Shown: positions 49,479 to 59,250, counted from the first letter of the stretch. The stretch is DNA of 64,000 nt from an uncultured Clostridia bacterium (GCA_944392805.1 CALXXZ010000002.1:169637-233636), one strand, 5' to 3'. Made by a program: numbers and translations. The notes: generated by a model from the sequence alone, not told the origin.

Positions 49479-50349
49479 TAACTTCCTCCCATATGTTAAA
49501 TAACATGTTGTCTATACACATATCATAATTACTATTTGCCTTTATTCTCTTTTTAGTTTCTTCTATGATTTTTATACATTCAATATATTTAAAGTTTTTC
49601 TTTCCTAGTTCTAATGCTAGTACATTCATATATTCTAATATTGATTTTATTTCTTCCTTTGTTTTGTATATTTCTTCTGACATCTGTATAATGTCAATTA
49701 AACTTTTGCTTGGCATTTCTCTCATTATTTTTTCTACTTGTATATATAGTTCTTGATTTTCTCTTAGTTTTAGTGCTTTTCCAATACTTCCTTGTGAAAG
49801 TTGTATTATATTTTCATTTACTTCGTTCTCAAAATAATTCCTTATTTTATCTTCTGGTATTGGTTCAAAATATATTCTTGTACATCTTGATTTTATTGTA
49901 CTTAATAAATTGTTTTCATTCGAACATATTAATATAATAGTAATATATTCAGGTGGTTCTTCTAATGTTTTTAATAAACAGTTTTGTGCTTCTGTTGTCA
50001 TTGTATCAGAATCATCTATTATATAAACTTTTTTATCTGATATTATTGGTTTTTCTGCAATTTTTCTTTGCATTTCTCTTATCTGTTCTATTTTTATTTT
50101 TCCATCTATAGTTTCTATTAGTTGAAAATCAGGATTGTTATTTGAATCAAATTCTATACATGATTTACATATACAATTTTCTTCTCTATTACTTAAACAT
50201 AATATTTTTTTTGCAAATTCTTGTGCTATTAGTTTTTTTCCAATTCCTTCTATTCCCCAAAATATATAACTATGTGATGTTTTGTTTATTTCTATTGATT
50301 TTTCTAATATCTGTTTATTTTTTTCATTTCCTAATATGTTTTTAAACAA
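49456..50349 (-). CDS. holB: DNA polymerase III subunit delta'
   Basis: Degenerate AAA+ P-loop (GIEGIGKKLIA), CxxC zinc module (CICKSC) and a DEAD-like IIDDSDTM (SRC region). Confidence 0.85.
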   Translation of the reverse strand: MFKNILGNEKNKQILEKSIEINKTSHSYIFWGIEGIGKKLIAQEFAKKILCLSNREENCICKSCIEFDSNNNPDFQLIETIDGKIKIEQIREMQRKIAEKPIISDKKVYIIDDSDTMTTEAQNCLLKTLEEPPEYITIILICSNENNLLSTIKSRCTRIYFEPIPEDKIRNYFENEVNENIIQLSQGSIGKALKLRENQELYIQVEKIMREMPSKSLIDIIQMSEEIYKTKEEIKSILEYMNVLALELGKKNFKYIECIKIIEETKKRIKANSNYDMCIDNMLFNIWEEVNEKNSRS

Positions 50350-50353
50350 TTTT

Positions 50354-51004
50354 TTATTCTACTCCTCCAAATTTTGATAATGGCCAAAATCTAAATAATA
50401 CTTTTCCTTCTATTTTTTCTAATGGTATACATCCAAAAGATCTACTGTCTGTGCTTCCTGTTCTGTTATCTCCTAATGCAAATACTGTATTTTCTGGTAC
50501 TGTGAAGTTTGTGAAATATGTATCTTCTTTTCCACTTTTCATGTCTGTTACTACTCCATCTTGTAAATAAGGTTCTTCTAATTTTTCTCCATTTATATAT
50601 ACAGCTTCATCTTTTATTTCTACATATTCTCCTGGAAGCGCAATTACTCTTTTTATATAACTTCTTTTTGAGCTTTCTAGTACATAATATGAAAATCTTT
50701 TTAATAGTCCTTGTGGCTCATTTTCATATTTTGCTACTGGATTATTATAATCTATATTTTGTTGTAATACTCTTGAAGTTGATGGTGCTTCAAATGTTAT
50801 TATGTCTCCTCTTTCAGGCATTTTCTTAATTGTTCTTACCCATCTATTTAGCCATAATCTTTCATTTTCTTTTAATGTTGGTGTCATTGAAGTTTGTTGT
50901 ACTATTGTTGGTGTTCCTACAAAATATCTTACTAGCAATGCCAACACTACCGCAATTATTATACATACTAACCATTCTAAAATTTCTCTTATATTTGATT
51001 TCAT
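50354..51004 (-). CDS. lepB: signal peptidase I
   Basis: SMTPTL catalytic Ser region, Box D/E (..GDNRTGSTDSRSFG..) and an N-terminal TM. Confidence 0.85.
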   Translation of the reverse strand: MKSNIREILEWLVCIIIAVVLALLVRYFVGTPTIVQQTSMTPTLKENERLWLNRWVRTIKKMPERGDIITFEAPSTSRVLQQNIDYNNPVAKYENEPQGLLKRFSYYVLESSKRSYIKRVIALPGEYVEIKDEAVYINGEKLEEPYLQDGVVTDMKSGKEDTYFTNFTVPENTVFALGDNRTGSTDSRSFGCIPLEKIEGKVLFRFWPLSKFGGVE

Positions 51005-51081
51005 TCTTTTCTCTTCTTTCTTTTGATTTTAATCTTCCTTATTATACATTATTTCTTCTGATTTTTCAATATTATTCCAAA

Positions 51082-52263
51082 TTAATTGTTTTGTTTTGTT
51101 GGAACTTTTATTACAACTTCTGTACCTTTTCCAACTTCACTTTTAATATCAATGCTTCCTCCATTTCTATCAAGAAGATCTTTTGCAATTGATAGTCCTA
51201 ATCCAGTTCCTCCCATTTCTCTACTACGAGCTTTATCTACTCTATAAAATCTTTCAAATATTCTATTTAGGTCTTCTTCTGGAATTCCAATTCCATTATC
51301 AAAAATTTTGATATATGCATCATTATATACAAATCCTACATATATTTTTATTTCACCATTGTCTTTTGTATATTTTATACTATTTGTCAAAATATTAAGT
51401 ACTACTCTTTCAATATCATCTTTATCTGCATATACTAAAGGAACATCAGCAGTAACAAAAGATTTTACTTCATGATTTTTCTTTTTTATTTCTATTGCAA
51501 GCTTGTCCTGACATTTTTTAACTAATTCTCCTAAGTCAAACATTTCCTTTTTTGCTACACTCTTATTATTATCATTTCTTGATAATGTAAGTAAATCTGT
51601 TACTAGTTTTGCCATTCTTCTTGCTTCTGAAGCAATTACACTTAAGAATTTGCTTTGTGTTTCTTTATCATATTCTTCTTCTAATAATGTATCTGCATAT
51701 CCCATTATTGAAGTTATAGGTGTTTTTAATTCATGTGATACATCTGCAATGAATTCTTTTCTCATATTATCTAGTTTTACATGTTCTGTAATATCTTGGA
51801 TTACAACAATTACACCTACTGTTCTATCATTTTCTTTTTTAAATGGTGCAAAATATGCATTTACATATCTGTCCTCAATCTGAAATCTTTCTTCAGTTTT
51901 AGTCCAGTTTTCAAGATATATTATTTTTTCTAAATTTATATTCAAATTAAGTTTTCCAAAAATATCTTCAAAATTATTGTGTTCTGGTAATATATTTAAT
52001 AGTTTTTGTGCAGCTGGATTGATGATTATTACTTTTCCATTTCTATCAAATGCAATAATTCCATCTGTCATATGTAAAAATATACTATTATTTATATCTA
52101 GTTCATCATTACTTTCTGAACCTTTTATTAATTTAGTTTTTGGAAATATTATCTTTTTAGTTAAATGTTTTTTCATTAATATTTCACTAATTATTAGTAT
52201 AACTATATCTATACATATTATTAATCCTATTATTTTGATTTGCTCTATTGACATTCTACTCAC
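51082..52263 (-). CDS. sensor histidine kinase (TM + PAS + HisKA + HATPase_c), no adjacent response regulator
   Basis: H-box FIADVSHELKTPITS, N-box NILTNSIKYT, and G1/G2 IFDNGIGIP..GGTGLGLSI. The start overlaps the end of murG by 8 nt. Confidence 0.85.
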   Translation of the reverse strand: MSRMSIEQIKIIGLIICIDIVILIISEILMKKHLTKKIIFPKTKLIKGSESNDELDINNSIFLHMTDGIIAFDRNGKVIIINPAAQKLLNILPEHNNFEDIFGKLNLNINLEKIIYLENWTKTEERFQIEDRYVNAYFAPFKKENDRTVGVIVVIQDITEHVKLDNMRKEFIADVSHELKTPITSIMGYADTLLEEEYDKETQSKFLSVIASEARRMAKLVTDLLTLSRNDNNKSVAKKEMFDLGELVKKCQDKLAIEIKKKNHEVKSFVTADVPLVYADKDDIERVVLNILTNSIKYTKDNGEIKIYVGFVYNDAYIKIFDNGIGIPEEDLNRIFERFYRVDKARSREMGGTGLGLSIAKDLLDRNGGSIDIKSEVGKGTEVVIKVPTKQNN

Positions 52264-53377
52264 CTTTTAAAACTTCTTTTATTTCGTTATAAATTTTTTC
52301 TTGTACATCTTTTACTGATTTAGTATATGCTTTTTCTCCCATTTTTCTTATTAAATCAGGTGTATGTATTATATTTTCTATTTCTTTATTTAAATTATCT
52401 TTATTTAATTCATTATTTAAAATAATTTTTGCTGCACCTACATTTTCTAATACTTTTGCATTATATAATTGATGGTCTTGGCTTACATTTGGCAATGGCA
52501 CTAATATTGATGGTTTTCCAAGATTAGAAATTTCAGTTATTGTCATTGCTCCACTTCTTGCTACTATTATATTAGACACATTCATTAATTCCTCCATATT
52601 ATATATATATGGAAGAATTTTTGCATTTTCTATGTTATTTATATCTATTTTCTTTTTTTCTAATTCTGATTTTACAACATCATATTGTTTAGGACCTGTT
52701 GCCCATATCATTTGATAATCTTTATTTAATTTATTTTCTATTATTCCTATTATTGTTTCATTTATTTTTTGAGCACCTTGGCTTCCACCAAATATTAATA
52801 CAATTGGCATATTGCTTTTCATATCTACTTCTTTTAAGATTTTTTCTTTTTGTTCTAATGTGTAATTTTTCTTTTCTATTTTTACAGGTGTTCCTGTAAA
52901 TACTATTTTTTTCGCTTTAGGAATTCTGTTTCGTGCTTCTTCAAATGAGATTAATATTTTTTCTGCTTTTGGTGCTAGCATTTTAACTGCTTTACCAGGA
53001 AATGCATTACTTTCGTGTAATACTACTGGTATATTCTCTTTTTTAGCAGCCCATACTACTGGTCCACATATATATCCACCAGCACCAACTACTATATCTG
53101 GTTTAAATTCTTTAATTATTTTTCTTGCTTTTCCTGTTGCACTTAATGTTTTGCATATTTTTTTAAAGTTTGTTATTGAAATTTCTTTACTTAATCCATA
53201 TGCTTCTATTGTTTTTAATTTATATCCTGCTCTTGGTACTAAATCATTTTCTAGTCCTCTTGGCGTTCCTATAAACATTATTTCTGATTTTTTTTCTTTT
53301 TCTTGTATTTTGTTTGCAATCGCAAGACCTGGATTTATATGTCCTGCAGTTCCTGCTGCTGCTATTATTACTTTCAT
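52256..53377 (-). CDS. murG: undecaprenyldiphospho-muramoylpentapeptide beta-N-acetylglucosaminyltransferase MurG
   Basis: N-terminus MKVIIAAAGTAGHINPGLAIA.. and a C-terminal UDP-GlcNAc binding region (GGSQGA). Confidence 0.9.
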   Translation of the reverse strand: MKVIIAAAGTAGHINPGLAIANKIQEKEKKSEIMFIGTPRGLENDLVPRAGYKLKTIEAYGLSKEISITNFKKICKTLSATGKARKIIKEFKPDIVVGAGGYICGPVVWAAKKENIPVVLHESNAFPGKAVKMLAPKAEKILISFEEARNRIPKAKKIVFTGTPVKIEKKNYTLEQKEKILKEVDMKSNMPIVLIFGGSQGAQKINETIIGIIENKLNKDYQMIWATGPKQYDVVKSELEKKKIDINNIENAKILPYIYNMEELMNVSNIIVARSGAMTITEISNLGKPSILVPLPNVSQDHQLYNAKVLENVGAAKIILNNELNKDNLNKEIENIIHTPDLIRKMGEKAYTKSVKDVQEKIYNEIKEVLKGE

Positions 53378-53392
53378 TTTTATTCCTTTCTG

Positions 53393-54562
53393 CTATTGTT
53401 TATTAGCTCCTGCTCTTGATATACTCAGTAATACTCCAACTTCACAGAGTAATAAAAACAATGCTGTTCCTCCATAACTGAAAAATGGTAATTGCATTCC
53501 TGTAGCTGGCATTGATGATGTTACTACAGCTACATTTATTATTACTTGTATACCTACAAGTGTTGTAATTCCAATTGCAACTAAACTTCCAAACATATCT
53601 GGTGATTTCATTGCAATTAATATTCCTCTCCAAATAAATATTGCAAATAATATAAATACTACTATACAACCTACAAATCCTAATTCTTCAGCTATTACTG
53701 AAAATATGAAATCATTATGTGGCTCCGGTAAGTATAAATATTTTTGTTTACTTTCTCCTAAACCTACACCAAATAATCCTCCTGAACCTATTGCATATAA
53801 ACTTTGTATTACTTGCCATCCATCTCCTGTTGCATTTTGCCATGGGTCTAAAAATGTTATAAATCTTGTTACTATGTATTGGAATTTTTGGTGGAATCCT
53901 TCACTTACAAAATATAAAATTGTTGCAGCTGCACCTCCAACTCCTCCTACTACTATTCCTGAAAGAACAAATTGCCAAAATTTACACCCTGCCATTATTA
54001 ACATTACACAAGTTGTTATTACTATTACCATTGTTGTACTTATATGTGGTTCTAATGCTAACAATATTATTATTGGTACTAAAAATAATGCGTGTTTTAC
54101 TAGCCCTTTTCCGAATTTTCCTAAATCATCTCTATTCTTTACTAAAATTCCAGCATAAAATACTATCATACATATTTTTACTAATTCTGATGGTTGAAAT
54201 GTTGTAAATCCTAAATTAATCCATCTTTTTGCTCCGTGACTTTCTGATCCTACAATCAATACAGCCAACAGTAATATTATAGAAACTATATATGCTAATT
54301 TATAAAATTTTTGATAAATTCTATAATCTATTTTAGAAATAAAAAACATTGCAACAATCCCTAAAACTGCAAATCCTAATTGTCTTATAAAATATGTATA
54401 ACTATTGCCATCAGCTGATTCTTGCATTGATTTTGGAGCACTTGCTGATAATACCATGATTAAACCTAGTGATAACAATAATAATACTGTTATCACTAGT
54501 GTAAAATCTACTGGATTATTCAAAAAACTAGAAAAACCTTTTATTTTTCTTTTTTCTGCCAT
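53393..54562 (-). CDS. ftsW: FtsW/RodA/SpoVE family peptidoglycan glycosyltransferase (FtsW by dcw position)
   Basis: 389 aa, 10 TM, with the SEDS motifs (..LPEPHNDFIFSV..), located between mraY and murG. Confidence 0.8.
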   Translation of the reverse strand: MAEKRKIKGFSSFLNNPVDFTLVITVLLLLSLGLIMVLSASAPKSMQESADGNSYTYFIRQLGFAVLGIVAMFFISKIDYRIYQKFYKLAYIVSIILLLAVLIVGSESHGAKRWINLGFTTFQPSELVKICMIVFYAGILVKNRDDLGKFGKGLVKHALFLVPIIILLALEPHISTTMVIVITTCVMLIMAGCKFWQFVLSGIVVGGVGGAAATILYFVSEGFHQKFQYIVTRFITFLDPWQNATGDGWQVIQSLYAIGSGGLFGVGLGESKQKYLYLPEPHNDFIFSVIAEELGFVGCIVVFILFAIFIWRGILIAMKSPDMFGSLVAIGITTLVGIQVIINVAVVTSSMPATGMQLPFFSYGGTALFLLLCEVGVLLSISRAGANKQ

Positions 54563-54601
54563 CTTATTTTCCTTTCTTTAGAATTTATATTTATTCTTTT
54601 G

Positions 54602-55588
54602 TTATATTAATTGTAATCCTACTATATTTACTATTAATGTTATTATACTAAAAAATATTACTACTTGATTTTCTCTCCAACCTGATAGTTCAAAATGGTG
54701 ATGTATTGGTGCCATTTTAAATACTCTTTTTCCTGTTTTTTTGAAATATGTTACTTGTATTATTACTGATATTGTTTCTATAACTGGTACTATTGCTATT
54801 ATTAGTAATAATAATGGCATTTTTAAATATAATGCTATTCCTGATATTACTCCTCCTAAAAATAGTGAACCTGTATCTCCCATAAATACTCTTGCTGGAT
54901 ATATATTAAATATTAAGAATGCAAGTACTGCTCCTATTACGATTGCTCCAAATACTACTATTTCTTTTACTCCAAGCATTGTTGCTACTACTGTTAAACA
55001 TGTTATTATTATTGTACATACACTAGGTGATAGTCCATCAATTCCATCTGTTAAGTTTATTGCATTTGTTGCTCCTAGTAATACTAATATTGCAAATGGA
55101 ATATATGCATAAATTGGTATTGTTATATATTCTTTTAATATTGGTATATATGTTTCTGTTCCTAAATTTAAACCTTTTTGTAAATATAGTACAAATACTA
55201 CTGATATTAGTAATAAACCTAACATTTTTAGGCTTGGTTTTAATCCTTTTGTATTTTTCAATATTAGTTTTTTAAAGTCATCTATAAATCCAATTATTCC
55301 AAATCCCATTGTTAATCCTAATATTGGAAATAGATTTTTTGCTAATTCTGAATCTTTTGTTCTATAATAAACATATGCAGCTATTGTGACAATTATTATT
55401 CCTAACATTATTATTATTCCACCCATTGTTGGTGTTCCTTGTTTTTTTAAATGAGTTTCTGGACCATCGCTTCTTTCTATTTGACCTACTTTTAATCTTC
55501 TTAGTATTGGTACTATTATCATTCCTAATACTACTGTTACTGCAAATGATAATAATAATATTTTTGTTTGAAATTCCAATTTTATCAA
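54602..55588 (-). CDS. mraY: phospho-N-acetylmuramoyl-pentapeptide-transferase
   Basis: ..IGFIDDF.. and ..FMGDTGSLFLGG.. (MraY DDxxD and GD motifs). Confidence 0.95.
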   Translation of the reverse strand: MIKLEFQTKILLLSFAVTVVLGMIIVPILRRLKVGQIERSDGPETHLKKQGTPTMGGIIIMLGIIIVTIAAYVYYRTKDSELAKNLFPILGLTMGFGIIGFIDDFKKLILKNTKGLKPSLKMLGLLLISVVFVLYLQKGLNLGTETYIPILKEYITIPIYAYIPFAILVLLGATNAINLTDGIDGLSPSVCTIIITCLTVVATMLGVKEIVVFGAIVIGAVLAFLIFNIYPARVFMGDTGSLFLGGVISGIALYLKMPLLLLIIAIVPVIETISVIIQVTYFKKTGKRVFKMAPIHHHFELSGWRENQVVIFFSIITLIVNIVGLQLI

Positions 55589-55604
55589 CCTTTCTTATGT
55601 TAAA

Positions 55605-57068
55605 TTATCCGATTATTTCTTTTACAATTATTCTTTCATCATATGGAAGTTTTTCTCCATTTATTTCTTGATATGGTTCATGACCTTTTCCTGCTAATAC
55701 TATTATATCTAATTTTGTTGCCATTGCTATTGCTTCTTTTATTGCTTCTGTTCTATCTACTACTACTTTATATTTTCCTTTTGTTTTCTTTATTCCTTGT
55801 TCTATTTCTGATACAATTTCTTCTGGATTTTCTGTACGTGGATTGTCTGAAGTTATAAATGTAAAGTCTGCAATTCTTCCTGAGATTTCTCCCATTATTG
55901 GTCTTTTGCCTTTATCTCTGTCTCCTCCACATCCAAATACTGAAATTACTTTTCCTCTTGTATAACTTTTTACTGCTGATAATATATTTTGCAAACTTTC
56001 TGGTGAATGTGCATAATCTATCATTATTGGTATTTCTTTTTTGTTGTCTACCATTTCTGATCTTCCTGGTACACGTATTTCTGCTAATGCTTCTATTATT
56101 TTATCTGATGGTACTCCAATTTTTTTGGCAACACATATTGCTGCTAGTGAATTATACACACTAAATCTTCCTGGTATACTTACTTTTACTCTTTCGTTTC
56201 TATCTGTTATTTTTACTCTAAAATCTACATATGAATTTGTTATTGTTATGTCTTTTGCTAATACTTCACATCCATTGTCTATTCCATATGTCATTATTTT
56301 ACTTTCTGGAAACATTTTTGGTATTTTTGATACTTGTAAGTCGTCTACATTTATTATTCCATTATCACACATTTTGAATAATTTTAGTTTTGATTCAAAA
56401 TAGTCTTTCATATCTGGATGTTCTTTTTCACTTATATGATCTTCTGAGAAATTTGTAAATACAACAAGATTAAAATCACAACCATCTACTCTATGTAGTT
56501 TTAGACTTTGTGATGATACTTCCATTACTACATATTCTACTTCTTGTTTTACCATTTCTGCAAATGTTTTTTGTAATTCTATACTTTCTGGTGTTGTTCT
56601 ACTGCTTTCTTCTATCATTTTTCCGTTTATATATGTTGCTATTGTTCCTATTAATCCTACTTTATGTCCTGCTTTTTCTAGTATTTCTTTTATCATAAAT
56701 GTTGTTGTTGTTTTCCCTTTTGTTCCTGTTACTCCTATTAAATAGAATTTTCTTGAAGGATTTCCATAGTAATTACAACTACATTTAGCTAATGCTTCTC
56801 TTGTGTCTTTTGCCATTATTAATGTTACATCTTTTGGTAGTTTTATTGATTTTAAGTCACATCCTTCTTCTACCATTACTACTTTTGCTCCTGCTTCTAT
56901 TGCATCATTTACATATTTATGCCCATCTGTTGCAAATCCTTTTATTGCTATAAACATATATCCTTCTTTTATATTTTTTGAATTACTTTCTAAACCTTTT
57001 ACTTCTACATCTAAGTCTCCTTTTGCTTTTAACCCATCTATTCCTACTAAGATTTTCTTTAATTCCAT
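55605..57068 (-). CDS. murE: UDP-N-acetylmuramoyl-L-alanyl-D-glutamate--2,6-diaminopimelate ligase MurE
   Basis: GTKGKTTT P-loop and a DNPR motif (meso-DAP specificity). Start chosen at the ATG at 57068 with AAGGAGGA 5 nt upstream; the longer ORF-track start would translate through the SD. Confidence 0.9.
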   Translation of the reverse strand: MELKKILVGIDGLKAKGDLDVEVKGLESNSKNIKEGYMFIAIKGFATDGHKYVNDAIEAGAKVVMVEEGCDLKSIKLPKDVTLIMAKDTREALAKCSCNYYGNPSRKFYLIGVTGTKGKTTTTFMIKEILEKAGHKVGLIGTIATYINGKMIEESSRTTPESIELQKTFAEMVKQEVEYVVMEVSSQSLKLHRVDGCDFNLVVFTNFSEDHISEKEHPDMKDYFESKLKLFKMCDNGIINVDDLQVSKIPKMFPESKIMTYGIDNGCEVLAKDITITNSYVDFRVKITDRNERVKVSIPGRFSVYNSLAAICVAKKIGVPSDKIIEALAEIRVPGRSEMVDNKKEIPIMIDYAHSPESLQNILSAVKSYTRGKVISVFGCGGDRDKGKRPIMGEISGRIADFTFITSDNPRTENPEEIVSEIEQGIKKTKGKYKVVVDRTEAIKEAIAMATKLDIIVLAGKGHEPYQEINGEKLPYDERIIVKEIIG

Positions 57069-57223
57069 TTTTTCCTCCTTTTTTACCACATGGACACTCT
57101 TTGGGGTGAATTTTGTTACCAAAGGAACAGTCCTTATGACAAAATCCTCATAATTTTATATCATTATATAACTAATTTTGTTTTTTGTATAGTCTAAAAA
57201 TAAATTTTTTATTTTGTTTTTTG

Positions 57224-57310
57224 CAAAAATAAAATCACTTAATTATATTTATTAAGTGATTTATGGTTTTATGTGTTATTTGCTTTGCTGAAAAAAATTT
57301 ATTTACTATT
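57224..57310. repeat. direct repeat copy A (~87 nt): degenerate copy of the dps 3' end + terminator hairpin (AAATCACTTAAT..ATTAAGTGATTT)
   Basis: About 85% identical to 59161-59250. It contains a 12-bp stem hairpin at 57231-57263 and a degenerate copy of the last dps codons (..AATAGTAAATAA vs AATGAAGTTATTAAATAA). Confidence 0.6.
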
Positions 57311-57461
57311 CTTTTATTTTGTACATATAAAAGAACTTTATATCTTATTCTGATTTTACGGCTTTATCGTTCAGCTCTACTAATAAAGTGTGACCGAAGA
57401 ACCATAGTTGCTGATGGAATAGTACGGATAGCTGCCGTAACAATAATCCGCACGAGTAACG

Positions 57462-58943
57462 TTAGAACTTGTAGCGACGTAATTGCCTCCGGCGATCAAC
57501 GCGATAGTTTGCATTGTCGGCCTCTAATGTCCAACTTCTTACATTTCCTGCTATATCATAGATGTTTTTTACTTTATATTTTTCTGAATTTCCTGTTGGT
57601 GCAGGAGAACTTGTACTCGAATCAGAATCATCGACTGTTCCATAATTTCCCATTCCTAATGCATTTACTACATAAAATGAATTTTTAGCTTCATTTCTTA
57701 CTTCTTTCATCCATATCATTATCTGATCCCATTGACTTCCCCATATCATACTACTTGTTCTTGTATTACTTATTTCTGTTAGACTTCTATATGCTTTTTG
57801 CTGTGCATACATTCTATACCAATTTACATTACTTATTCCATTTGTAGTTCCTCTCACTATATTTATTTTATTGGTTGTATCTTGAGTATTATTTGATGTC
57901 ATATTACTTGTCTCATATCTTCCTACCCAAAATCCTTTCTGAACACTTACTTTCTCTGCCATTGTATTAAACTCTTGTTGCAATAAATCTTGCGATACTT
58001 TTGGAACTGTATTATTATAACTACTTCCATCTGCATTTGAGTCGTCACTCAAATATGCTGGTTCTCTGTTTCCTGCTGTTGACAATGGTGTCCATGAATT
58101 TCCATCTACATCATTAGCCAATGGTTCAACTTTTACTTTTCCATTTTCTTCTGTAAACTGATATAATACTCCTATATAATCAGTTGCATTTGTCTTTATT
58201 GCCATTGGATATCTACCTGCCTCAACTTCTTTCTGCACTTCTGCTTTTATTCCTGCTTCATCTAATGAACTAAAATTACTACTCAAATCTAATACTGGAT
58301 TTGGCACTGGTACCCATACAAATTGGTCATATTTTTCTTGTACATCTAATATTCCATTACTATTATCATCTGCATCCCAATCTGGTGTTTCATCTTTTGG
58401 TATTATATATATTACCAATCCATCATCTACATCTTCATATTCTCCTGGTATTTTGGAAATTGTTGAACCTCCTGGTATTGATACTTCATCATCTCCTATT
58501 GTTACTGTTGTGTCGTCATCATATCTTTTTCCACTTTCACCAGTTTCTGTATTTCCACCGTTTCCACTATTTCCTTCTAATATTCCAAAATCTATTTCTA
58601 TGTTTCCTATTGTTATTAAATTTGTTGTTTTTAGTTTTTCTACTTCCTCTGATTTTAATTTTCCTTCTTCTTTTAATTTATCAATCATTTCTTGTTTTGT
58701 TGTTTTATCATCTGAATTTCCATTTGTATAATCTATTGTTCTATTCTCATTTGCTGCCATTTCTACTCTTTCTTTTACTTCTCCACCTCTTGTGTTTTCT
58801 TTTGAATTTTGTGCTTGTGTTATTATTCCATTTTCTCCTGTTAACATTGAGATACTTACACCTGCCAAAATCAATAAAACTACAATTGTTACTACTAATG
58901 CTATTAATGTGATACCTTGTTCTCTTACTTTTAATTTTTTCAT
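57462..58943 (-). CDS. prepilin-like N-terminal (class III signal/TM) protein with acidic low-complexity linker and C-terminal FGE-sulfatase (SUMF1/DUF323)-like domain, C-terminally truncated
   Basis: N-terminus MKKLKVREQG|ITLIALVVTIVVLLILAGVSISM resembles the type IV pilin/pseudopilin cleavage-methylation motif, but with Ala rather than Glu at +5. The C-terminal third carries FGE-family motifs: GFWVGRYETSN, NVNWYRMYAQQKAYR, and KNIYDIAGNVRSWT (cf. LYDMSGNVWEWT) followed by YRVDRR. The last ~22 codons lie in a GC-rich block and the domain ends early. Confidence 0.5.
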   Translation of the reverse strand: MKKLKVREQGITLIALVVTIVVLLILAGVSISMLTGENGIITQAQNSKENTRGGEVKERVEMAANENRTIDYTNGNSDDKTTKQEMIDKLKEEGKLKSEEVEKLKTTNLITIGNIEIDFGILEGNSGNGGNTETGESGKRYDDDTTVTIGDDEVSIPGGSTISKIPGEYEDVDDGLVIYIIPKDETPDWDADDNSNGILDVQEKYDQFVWVPVPNPVLDLSSNFSSLDEAGIKAEVQKEVEAGRYPMAIKTNATDYIGVLYQFTEENGKVKVEPLANDVDGNSWTPLSTAGNREPAYLSDDSNADGSSYNNTVPKVSQDLLQQEFNTMAEKVSVQKGFWVGRYETSNMTSNNTQDTTNKINIVRGTTNGISNVNWYRMYAQQKAYRSLTEISNTRTSSMIWGSQWDQIMIWMKEVRNEAKNSFYVVNALGMGNYGTVDDSDSSTSSPAPTGNSEKYKVKNIYDIAGNVRSWTLEADNANYRVDRRRQLRRYKF

Positions 58944-59160
58944 TTTGTTTCTATCTCCTCCTTTTTCTTATGTTTTCTCCTTTTCTTATTTTTATTCTTT
59001 TATTTTTTATTTTCGTATTTTTTTGCATATTAAAGAACCTTTAATTTTTACAAGATATTCACTTTTCAAAGTTCTTTAAATAGACTTAAAATACTTCATT
59101 TATATTCTACAAAAACGCACTATTATTGTCAAGATGTTATACGATTTTATTTCTATATTT

Positions 59161-59250
59161 AAAAAAATAAAATCCCTCAATTTTTTATTAAGTGATTTTA
59201 TTTTTTATATGTTATTTACTTTACTCAAAAAAGTTTATTTAATAACTTCA
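59161..59250. repeat. direct repeat copy B: authentic dps 3' end + terminator hairpin
   Basis: AAAAATAAAATCCCTCAATTTTTTATTAAGTGATTTTATTTTTTATATGTTATTTACTTTACTCAAAAAAGTTTATTTAATAACTTC aligns to 57224-57310 and overlaps the last 5 codons of dps. Confidence 0.6.

Noticed and set aside
57370-57535. GC-rich block as a tRNA, tmRNA or RNase P RNA gene
   Set aside because: No GTTCGAATC-type T-loop, no acceptor-stem symmetry, and no tmRNA/RNase P signature blocks are recognisable on either strand. It is kept as an unexplained anomaly instead.
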